Virus record (IMG/VR): IMGVR_UViG_3300045988_077461
Length of the DNA: 15,968 nt
Strand: one strand, 5' to 3'
Source of the DNA: a virus
The notes beneath the pieces are model-generated. The model was not told the origin of the DNA. It worked only from the letters and a program-made list of their open reading frames with translations, and made no database searches. A program made the position numbers and the translations under genes. Each line of letters opens with the position of its first letter. Positions within the stretch are counted from its first letter, which is position 1. This document shows, one piece after another, positions 1 to 6,441 of the stretch.

Positions 1-66
1 AGAGGGCTTACGTTATTCCCGATGAGACCACGTCCCCCATTTGGTTAAAAAGCACGAAAAAAATAC

Positions 67-95
67 TTGACAAATAATACGGCTCGTGGTATTAT
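67..95 (+). promoter_or_regulatory. Terminal early promoter, sigma-A type (left copy)
   Basis: TTGACA (67-72), a 17-nt spacer ending in TGg (87-89, extended -10), then TATTAT (90-95, overlapping TATAAT at 93-98). It lies about 45 nt upstream of the first gene's GGAGG RBS. Confidence 0.7.
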
Positions 96-143
96 AATTA
101 TAGAAACAAGGAAACCTAGTAAAAATAAGGAGGAAGAAAATAA

Positions 144-599
144 ATGATTAAATACAGACTACATAACATCACAGATTTTGGAATACAACTCCATGACTTC
201 TATACTGAAAATTCACTAAACAATTACATAGCCTTATTTGTAGACCCGCCATATTGGGTTGAAAATTTAGAAACACATGAAAATGTGTATACAGACTTTG
301 ACGGTCATACAGAAACTCATTTATGTAACGAAAATATGGTAGTAGTTACATTAAATAAACTAGACGATTTAAATGTTTCACGTGAAACAGTACACGAATC
401 TGAAATAGACTGGATAAAAAGGCATATACAAGCAGAAGAAAAAGAACCATACACCAAATTAGAAAAAATATCCTCTTTCTTAGCAATCTTATCAGTCATA
501 ATAATGGCAACCTTTTTGCTATATCTTTTCTTATCTTCTGTATCATTTATAGCAGAACATTTTTCAGAGTTCACATGGAAAGTATTTAATATTTTATAA
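144..599 (+). CDS. Hypothetical early protein with a C-terminal transmembrane anchor (151 aa), ITR-L copy
   Basis: AAGGAGG RBS at about 128-134. The hydrophobic stretch SSFLAILSVIIMATFLLYLFLSSVSFI lies near the C-terminus. It is the first gene after the terminal promoter. I recognise no family. Confidence 0.6.
   Translation: MIKYRLHNITDFGIQLHDFYTENSLNNYIALFVDPPYWVENLETHENVYTDFDGHTETHLCNENMVVVTLNKLDDLNVSRETVHESEIDWIKRHIQAEEKEPYTKLEKISSFLAILSVIIMATFLLYLFLSSVSFIAEHFSEFTWKVFNIL
374..389. promoter_or_regulatory. 16-bp palindromic box TGTTTCACGTGAAACA inside the first ITR gene (left copy)
   Basis: Perfect copy of the palindrome that also occurs at 9091-9106, 10405-10420, 10586-10601 and 11665-11680. 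Here it encodes part of N-V-S-R-E-T-V. Confidence 0.6.
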
Positions 600-612
600 G
601 GAGGAAAAAAAC

Positions 613-807
613 ATGGCAAAATTAACAAATAAATTATTGCGCTATAAAGTAATGTTTACGAAAGGTGGCACAGGCGGCTACACCGCCCGCGTCATGATAC
701 CAAAAGAAGCAATTCGAGATTTAGACATTCATCCGGGTGATAGTATCGAATACACGCGCGTACCACATGGCTTGCTATTAAGAAAAGTGGAAAAGGATGT
801 GGATTAA
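613..807 (+). CDS. AbrB/SpoVT-like small DNA-binding protein (64 aa), ITR-L copy; putative transcriptional regulator
   Basis: RBS AAGGAGGA at 598-605. The segment ARVMIPKEAIRDLDIHPGDSIEY...GLLLRKV fits the SpoVT-AbrB swapped-hairpin pattern (xIPKexrexLgixpGdxvex...g.iil.k). It sits immediately upstream of the putative terminal protein, the position of regulator gene 4 in phi29. Confidence 0.55.
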   Translation: MAKLTNKLLRYKVMFTKGGTGGYTARVMIPKEAIRDLDIHPGDSIEYTRVPHGLLLRKVEKDVD

Positions 808-810
808 AAG

Positions 811-1521
811 ATGGCTAATAAACGTATAAAAAAGAAAAAAACAAAAGCTTTTCTTATACAGAAAGAATATTCTAAAGAATATAATAAATATTTATCTCGT
901 GTCAGAAATCAACAAAAACAAGGGGTACAGGTAAAGGCAATCAAGCGAGTAAAAAACCCTACGCAATCTTCTATTAATAGAATTAAAAAACAGAATGCAA
1001 AAGAAATACGAAAAAATGCGTCGGTTGTTGATATGCTTACAGGTGAGGTTATAAGCTCTAAAGAGTATGGACGTAAACATACACTTGAAAGAAACAGAGT
1101 TTTTATAAAACTGACACCACAGGAACAAGAATATGCTAGAATGCAAGGTTATACTGATATTAAGGAATTAAAAGCACTACAAAAGAACGGTATTAAAGTC
1201 AATATAGCAATACCTGTATTAGATTACGAAGCAATTATTGATTCGTGGTATGATTCTTTAGAGAGTTTTGTGCCAAAAACAACTGATTATTTAAGGCAAA
1301 AAACAGACGCTATATTATCTAATGCGTCGGAGAAAGAAAGGGCGTTATTTGCTTACACATACACAAAAGAAAGCGAAGCATTTCCAACAGAGCCATACAT
1401 GGACAAAGCTACGGTTGACGCTGTATTTTGGAACATTTTGCATAGAATGGGCGTTATTAGCACAACAGAAGATTTTCAAGAATTTTTGCAAGAGCAAGAT
1501 ATTGTTATTGAGAACGAATAA
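811..1521 (+). CDS. Putative terminal (DNA-priming) protein (236 aa), ITR-L copy
   Basis: In the right arm the identical gene sits directly upstream of the protein-primed DNA polymerase, matching the gene 3 to gene 2 order in phi29. The N-terminus is very basic (MANKRIKKKKTK...) and the C-terminus acidic. The size is close to known terminal proteins (230-266 aa). I see no clear sequence similarity to phi29 gp3. Confidence 0.45.
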   Translation: MANKRIKKKKTKAFLIQKEYSKEYNKYLSRVRNQQKQGVQVKAIKRVKNPTQSSINRIKKQNAKEIRKNASVVDMLTGEVISSKEYGRKHTLERNRVFIKLTPQEQEYARMQGYTDIKELKALQKNGIKVNIAIPVLDYEAIIDSWYDSLESFVPKTTDYLRQKTDAILSNASEKERALFAYTYTKESEAFPTEPYMDKATVDAVFWNILHRMGVISTTEDFQEFLQEQDIVIENE

Positions 1522-1537
1522 AAAGAGGTGAGAATAA

Positions 1538-1558
1538 ATGCCACGAAAAAATACTTGA
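1538..1558 (+). pseudogene. Six-codon stub of the DNA polymerase 5' end at the inner edge of ITR-L
   Basis: ATG CCA CGA AAA AAT ACT TGA. The RBS, ATG and the next 5 nt are identical to the real polymerase start (MPRK...), and the sequence then leaves the ITR and terminates. Confidence 0.8.
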
Positions 1559-1559
1559 C

Positions 1560-1591
1560 AAAATTAAGCCCCGCCTGTGATGGAGGGGCTC
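1560..1591 (-). terminator. Rho-independent terminator closing the late operon; possibly bidirectional, also stopping ITR-L transcription
   Basis: Stem 1567-1575 (AGCCCCGCC) pairs with 1582-1590 (GGAGGGGCT): 9 bp with one mismatch and a 6-nt loop. On the minus strand it is followed by TAATTTTGT, on the plus strand by CTTTCATATTCTTC. It lies 25 nt downstream of the tail-fibre stop codon. Confidence 0.7.
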
Positions 1592-1615
1592 TTTCATATT
1601 CTTCTACACCAATTT

Positions 1616-2317
1616 CTATCTAGGAATTCCATAAACACCGATAACCGCTGTCGGGTTATTGCCTGGGTGCGTACTTGTATACGCGTGTTGCATAGCGCTT
1701 GAATTAATAGTGATATGCGTATCATCAACAACTGTAATTTTAATTGTGGTAGTAGTGATAGCGCCATCTCCATAAACTCCTTGCTGACAAGCGTCATAAT
1801 TCTGCTTGTCTGTTCTATATGCGAAAATCGGCCCTACTCCCTCAGCTGTCTCAATATATAAAAATCTATAATTTGTCAAACTGTCATTCAATGTAATAGT
1901 TGAATTTTTAATTGAACCCGTCCACAGTGTTGTATCCCTGTTCACGCGGTCAGCTTTTGCGCTTGCATTATTAGCGGTCAAAAGTGCGTTGTCTGCTGTG
2001 TTCTGTGCGCCAGTAGCATTTTGACTTGCGGTTGTTGCTGTGTCCTGTGCAGTTTTCACTTTCTCTTTCAGTCCTCCGACATCTGTCTGCAAGTCTGTAA
2101 TAGCAGTGGTATGCGCTTTTACAGTTTTTTCTACTTCGTCAACTCTAGCAATTGCGCTTCCTGCGTTCTGAGTGGCTGTGGTAGCCTTATCATCTGTGCT
2201 ATGAATAGCTGTATCGATTTTAGTCATATCAGAGTTATAATCTCCTAGATAAGTTGGCTTGTCAGTGCCAATATACTGACTTAAATTGTAATAAGTTGTT
2301 TTATTTGTTGAACTCAT
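1616..2317 (-). CDS. Tail fibre / receptor-binding protein (233 aa)
   Basis: RBS AAGGAGGAC. The N-terminal motif YYNLSQYIGTDKPTYLGDYNSDMTKID resembles the conserved N-terminus of many Bacillota phage fibre proteins. An Ala/Thr/Gln-rich coiled shaft follows, with two TAxQNAxxA repeats, then a globular C-terminal domain. It is the last late gene. Confidence 0.65.
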   Translation of the reverse strand: MSSTNKTTYYNLSQYIGTDKPTYLGDYNSDMTKIDTAIHSTDDKATTATQNAGSAIARVDEVEKTVKAHTTAITDLQTDVGGLKEKVKTAQDTATTASQNATGAQNTADNALLTANNASAKADRVNRDTTLWTGSIKNSTITLNDSLTNYRFLYIETAEGVGPIFAYRTDKQNYDACQQGVYGDGAITTTTIKITVVDDTHITINSSAMQHAYTSTHPGNNPTAVIGVYGIPR

Positions 2318-2338
2318 AATTTTTTGTCCTCCTTTAAT

Positions 2339-3178
2339 TTATAATTTTAACGCTGTTTTGGCGTTACTGTCAAATGTATAAGCACTTAGTGCTTTTGCTT
2401 CAAAAGCTGTGACAGTCAGTAATAATGCATCAAACTCTCTCGCTGTGATAGGGTTGTCAAAGTGTAACTCTGCAAGCTGATTGATAACATCTTGATAAAA
2501 TACATACTCCCCAGTAAACGGACTATGCATATATAAGTTGCTATCTACTCTGAATTTTTTTGCCCCGTATAAGTCAAACTCTGTACAATTAATTGATAAA
2601 CCATCAAACTCCGTACAAGTTAAATTCAACGAGTCAAATTCATTACAAGTCAAAGCATAATAACGTAGATTATCATACATATCTGCTAACGCTTGGTTCA
2701 AGCTTGTTCTATAACCTCTTACAGGGTTCAACACTTCCATATTATTTGGTACATAGTCATTGATATAATCATAGAGTTTTTTCACCTCTGTATCAATATG
2801 CGCTCTTGTCTCAGCGTTCAAGTCATATACCAAAATATTCAATGTACTAATTTTATCAAGTAATTGAGTTTGAACTCTATTGATTTTTTCATCAAGTTCC
2901 GTGTCTTTAGCGTTCATATCTTCACGGATATTTTTATCCACCTCTGTAATATGGTTATAGATATCAGTGTTAAGTCCATCGACATATGCTTTTAACTCTG
3001 CCACTTTTTCATCAGTGTACTGTTGATATGCATTTGTAAAACTGTTGATTGCGTCAATGCACTCATTTACTTTATAGCCGATATAACATAAACATTCATA
3101 ATAACTCTGTTTATTGCTATACACGCTTGGAACATCACAGCAAAGTAAAGGAAATAAAGGTTTTATATCTCCTGCCAT
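2339..3178 (-). CDS. Coiled-coil structural protein with (L/I)TxxEFD decapeptide repeats (279 aa); probable tail appendage or fibre component
   Basis: The ORF track starts at a GTG (3187) that abuts the RBS. The ATG at 3178 sits 6 nt after AAGGAGGTG and is the likelier start. The central segment is heptad-like. The C-terminal half carries six 10-aa repeats: ALTCNEFDSL, NLTCTEFDGL, SINCTEFDLY, then PITAREFDAL, LLTVTAFEAK, ALSAYTFDSN. Confidence 0.5.
   Translation of the reverse strand: MAGDIKPLFPLLCCDVPSVYSNKQSYYECLCYIGYKVNECIDAINSFTNAYQQYTDEKVAELKAYVDGLNTDIYNHITEVDKNIREDMNAKDTELDEKINRVQTQLLDKISTLNILVYDLNAETRAHIDTEVKKLYDYINDYVPNNMEVLNPVRGYRTSLNQALADMYDNLRYYALTCNEFDSLNLTCTEFDGLSINCTEFDLYGAKKFRVDSNLYMHSPFTGEYVFYQDVINQLAELHFDNPITAREFDALLLTVTAFEAKALSAYTFDSNAKTALKL
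2573..2656. repeat. Three diverged 30-bp tandem repeats inside the 279-aa gene
   Basis: Units GTCAAACTCTGTACAATTAATTGATAAACC (2573-2602), ATCAAACTCCGTACAAGTTAAATTCAACGA (2603-2632) and GTCAAATTCATTACAAGTCAAAGC (2633-2656). They encode the first cluster of xTCxEFDxL decapeptides. Confidence 0.75.
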
Positions 3179-3193
3179 ATATCTCACCTCCTT

Positions 3194-3940
3194 TCACCAA
3201 ACTTTTAGAAACAAATCTCGACAAGCTTCTACAAGTTCTCGATTGATATTCTGTATTTGCTCGCGATATTCTTCAATTGCTTCACTTGTTGATTTTCCTC
3301 TTAATCCTATCTCTTTCGTGTCTCTGTCTCTTTTGCTGTCTTTGTTGTCGTTACCTGTATGGTTATTGTTTGCGGTTGTTGTAGTGTTATTGACAGTCTC
3401 GCCCCTATTCATAGAGCTTGCATAGTCTTGCGTGGCTACGGTAACTTGCGGGTTGTCGCTGTCAATATTTTGATAGTTTTGGTTGTTTTTTACCTCGCTG
3501 TTTCCTGTATCTGTTGCTTTAGTCGTTGTTTTTTCGTTTCCTTTTTCTGCTTCTGTGATTGTTATATTTACATTTGTAAAAGGGTTGTCATTTTGAATTG
3601 CGTTATACAATTTTGTATAATACGGTGTCAATTCATGCATTTTTGCCATGAATGCAGTTTTCCACATACCCAATGTTTCAAAACCTATATAATTATTCCA
3701 GTATCTAAGTAAAAAATATGTTTTAAAAGTATACATATCTTTTCTATATTCTGAGTAAAAAGGAAAATCAAAGTCAAAAAATTTATCCTGTGTTTTATCA
3801 ATAATTATTTGCACAGATAAGTCCATGCTCCATAGTTCTTGGGGTATAATAAAGCTTTCACAAATTTCTTTAACAGTTGTTGTATATTTACTCAATTTCG
3901 TCACCCTCTTTCCCTTTTTGCATGTACTTGTCAGGTACAT
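3194..3940 (-). CDS. Putative lower collar protein (phi29 gp11 position), 233-248 aa
   Basis: Immediately downstream of the portal gene, as gp11 is in phi29. The start is uncertain. The ATG at 3940 overlaps the portal gene by 53 nt and has a weak RBS. A TTG at 3895 follows GAGGGTG (3901-3907) and overlaps the portal stop codon (ATTGAGTAA), which suggests translational coupling. The protein contains an Asn/Thr-rich low-complexity segment (NNTTTTANNNHTGNDNKDSKRDRD). Confidence 0.5.
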   Translation of the reverse strand: MYLTSTCKKGKRVTKLSKYTTTVKEICESFIIPQELWSMDLSVQIIIDKTQDKFFDFDFPFYSEYRKDMYTFKTYFLLRYWNNYIGFETLGMWKTAFMAKMHELTPYYTKLYNAIQNDNPFTNVNITITEAEKGNEKTTTKATDTGNSEVKNNQNYQNIDSDNPQVTVATQDYASSMNRGETVNNTTTTANNNHTGNDNKDSKRDRDTKEIGLRGKSTSEAIEEYREQIQNINRELVEACRDLFLKVW

Positions 3941-4787
3941 ATCCGTTCATCATGGTAGGCAACTCACTGTTGAAGTCAACGGTTACATTGAGACCCCATA
4001 ATTCATTTATAGTATCCGCACATCTTCTACGTAATGTCAGTCCAACGTTTCTATTTGCTTCAATCTGACCATTGTTACCAGCTGTCTCGCCAGTAACAAG
4101 GCGCTCACTTTTCTCTACAGGGTTGCTTTCATAGCCTAAAGATGTTAATACCTGTGACCATAAATCTCTTAATTCCTGCTCACATTTATCCACGATATAA
4201 GGTGCTCCCATGTTCAGTGCTTTGATGTCTTTCAAGTTCAATGAATCGGAAAGTTTTATAATGGGTAAATAGTTGTCGTACTCTTCACCTACTATTTCAA
4301 AGCTTAATTTTTCATTGTCAGAGGAAGAAAGTACAACAGGTGTACGTTGTGCATACATATTAATACCTTTTGTTTTCCAAGTGTTCGCCATAGCATCTGC
4401 ATACATTAAAGCTTTATAGTAATACGGCATACTTGAGTAGTTATTCCATAAGATACAACTATTTTCTTTACCATATTCTTCAATATATCCGTTAGGCGTG
4501 TAAGCGATTCTATCTTTAGGAATATTATAAATATCGGGTAAGCCGGATAATGAAACTTTCATGAATGCATATCCTGCAATTTTATCCTTGATGAATACGC
4601 CCAAACCATTCCAAAAAAGAGTTTGCTCAATATACATAGGTAAAATTTCTTCCGGTAGATTATTCCATGTATATCTATTTACAAATATATCGAAAATATC
4701 ATAAAAGAATATAGATTTAATTGTTTCAAAATCACTACATTTATTTTTGTTGATATTTCTCTCAAAAACCCTTAACGGATTCCTCAT
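3888..4787 (-). CDS. Portal / upper collar connector protein, phi29 gp10-like (299 aa)
   Basis: Blocks match phi29 gp10 as I recall it. [30 protein letters not shown] aligns with [48 protein letters not shown] aligns with [26 protein letters not shown]...[10 protein letters not shown]...[13 protein letters not shown] aligns with DAPYVVDK...EKKERMVTDE...INELYGLNVKVKF. RBS GGGAGG. Confidence 0.88.
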   Translation of the reverse strand: [299 protein letters not shown]

Positions 4788-4802
4788 TTATATCCACCTC
4801 CC

Positions 4803-6419
4803 TTATTCGTTGGATAAACTATAATTCCCGATGTCATCAGTATGCCACAAAGTCACTCCGTTATCAAATATATTTCTTAATTTTTTTAATTGGTCTAAGT
4901 CGATATTACCAGTAAAACCGCAATGTGATGTTTTTACATAATTCCAGTATGACCGAGAATGTAAGTATGGGGTTGTTATTTTATTAATAGGATAACCGAA
5001 CTGTTCAAAAAAACTATCAGCCATTTCTGCAAATTGTCTTTTGCATGACATTTCGTAGAAATCAACGCCACACTCTTTGATACCTGTCAGAACATTTTCT
5101 GATAACGCTTTACCATGCGTCACACCAGCGTTTCTCGCTCTGTCTGTCTGATTGGCTAACATACCAAGCGCGTCCCAAAAAGCATTTGTTGTTTTACCAA
5201 GTCCGTTAATACCTCCCTGTAAACTACCACCTGCCAATCCTGCTATAGCTGAACCTGTTCCTATGGTAGCATCAACAGCGGTATGAACTTGCGATAGAGC
5301 AATAGAGCTTTTGTTCTGTGCTAACCATGCTCGATAAGTGTCAGAAGAAAAGGAACACATCGGAAAAGAAGAGTTAATGAGTGCTTCGCTCATTAGTCCA
5401 TGTCCTAACACTTCACGAGTCTTATAATTTTTCGGTGCTGTCAAGACTTGCGGTAACGTTGCTATTGTTCCATAGCTATCGAACTCAAGGGACTTATCTC
5501 GGTTATAGCTATACTCATATCTATAGATATGAGTGTTGCCTTGATTATTGTCAGCCAAACAAAATAACCAAGGGTAAGAGTATAACTTTTTATTTTTCGG
5601 TTTGTACCCCTCGAAAACGTTGTCAGAAATTTGCATACTTGTTATTTTCGGTTTAATTTCTTTTCCACCTAAAGCAAGTGTGCATAATTTAGGCGACATA
5701 AATAACCCTATGACTGCATCTTGCGCGCCTTGGTTATTATAGTCTTCCAATAATGTGTTAATTCCTTTTAGTCCATCTTCTGTAGTAACATCATAATGCC
5801 CTATACTACCCCAGCAATAGACCCCATTTTCCACACGACCCTCAAACCAGCTTTGTTCAGATGTTCCTCGTGTTACAAAAGCGCAACACTCCGTTGGTGT
5901 CAAGTCCAATTTTTTGTGCCGTGATACGATTGTTTCGCCTGTTTCGATGTTTACAGGGGTTAGATTTACCCCTATTCCGTCATCACTTCTTGGAATATGA
6001 TGATACTCTACAAAGCAAGGTTTTATATTTGCATCGTAAAAGTTATTTTGAAAAACATCTAAAGAAAAATTAATCCTAGTTGTTTTTTCTGATAACCATT
6101 CGATGGAATCAATAAAGCAAAATACCCACTCATTAGATATGCCACTATTCTGAAAAGCTAAATAATTTAGATTAAGTGCTTTCATTTCTGTGAATGGTAC
6201 GCGGATATCATAATTTCCTACTTTAATTGGTGCAAGGTGTGACAAGTCAACTCCACTGATATGTTTTCGGTAAGTCTCTAAATGATTTAATAAGTTCTCT
6301 TTTGAGTTGTACAGTCTAACGTGTTCATATTCATCAGACCATGGCACTCCACTGTATAATCTCAATTTTGTTTCGGGGTTGCGTGGCGCAACCCCTCCTT
6401 GAGATGGTAAATTTATCAT
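4803..6419 (-). CDS. Tail knob / distal tail tube protein (phi29 gp9 position), 538 aa
   Basis: A large ORF between the capsid and portal genes, exactly where gp9 (599 aa) lies in phi29. RBS AGAGG. The assignment is by synteny and size only. Confidence 0.55.
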   Translation of the reverse strand: MINLPSQGGVAPRNPETKLRLYSGVPWSDEYEHVRLYNSKENLLNHLETYRKHISGVDLSHLAPIKVGNYDIRVPFTEMKALNLNYLAFQNSGISNEWVFCFIDSIEWLSEKTTRINFSLDVFQNNFYDANIKPCFVEYHHIPRSDDGIGVNLTPVNIETGETIVSRHKKLDLTPTECCAFVTRGTSEQSWFEGRVENGVYCWGSIGHYDVTTEDGLKGINTLLEDYNNQGAQDAVIGLFMSPKLCTLALGGKEIKPKITSMQISDNVFEGYKPKNKKLYSYPWLFCLADNNQGNTHIYRYEYSYNRDKSLEFDSYGTIATLPQVLTAPKNYKTREVLGHGLMSEALINSSFPMCSFSSDTYRAWLAQNKSSIALSQVHTAVDATIGTGSAIAGLAGGSLQGGINGLGKTTNAFWDALGMLANQTDRARNAGVTHGKALSENVLTGIKECGVDFYEMSCKRQFAEMADSFFEQFGYPINKITTPYLHSRSYWNYVKTSHCGFTGNIDLDQLKKLRNIFDNGVTLWHTDDIGNYSLSNE

Positions 6420-6441
6420 ATATAAATACCTCTATTAATTA

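Larger units (their letters stand above)
1..1545. repeat. Left inverted terminal repeat (ITR-L), 1,545 bp
   Basis: Bases 1..1545 are the reverse complement of 14424..15968. I checked this by hand at both termini, at 601-660 and 1441-1500, and at the inner boundary. All ORFs in several frames have identical translations in both copies. Identity stops after ...ATGCCACG (1545), where the left arm has A and the right arm has T. Confidence 0.95.

Noticed and set aside
317-1531. Overlapping ORFs within the ITRs (317-628 minus, 892-1146 minus, 1322-1531 plus, and their mirror copies), together with 1594-1797 minus and 9762-9968 minus.
   Set aside because: They are alternative-frame or antisense overlaps of the three convincingly coding ITR genes, the fibre gene or the endolysin gene. 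They have no RBS and their composition is implausible.
1-1545. The long ITR considered as an assembly or amplification artefact (an inverted chimera).
   Set aside because: This is not fully excluded. The junction shares only about 9 nt of microhomology, too little for a k-mer misjoin. Both arms are complete to the same terminal base. The left arm ends in a sensible terminator context, and the genome is otherwise complete and non-redundant. It is kept as a caveat in the ITR finding rather than as the preferred explanation.
1555-1583. A second TTGACA at 1555-1560, considered as a functional rightward promoter.
   Set aside because: Seventeen nt downstream the sequence is TGATGG, not a -10 hexamer. 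The region runs straight into the terminator hairpin and a convergent gene. It is better explained as a relic of the ancestral terminus.
3359-3712. Plus-strand ORFs inside the minus-strand late and early genes, for example 2021-2248, 3049-3246, 3114-3425, 3359-3712, 3877-4068, 5381-5656, 5861-6073, 6616-6801, 7695-7922, 8085-8315, 9377-9562, 10174-10374, 11179-11451, 12194-12391, 12492-12713, 12710-13036 and 14194-14385.
   Set aside because: They lie antisense to well-supported genes, lack GGAGG-type RBSs, and translate to Cys/Phe/Leu-rich low-complexity sequences typical of shadow ORFs in AT-rich DNA.
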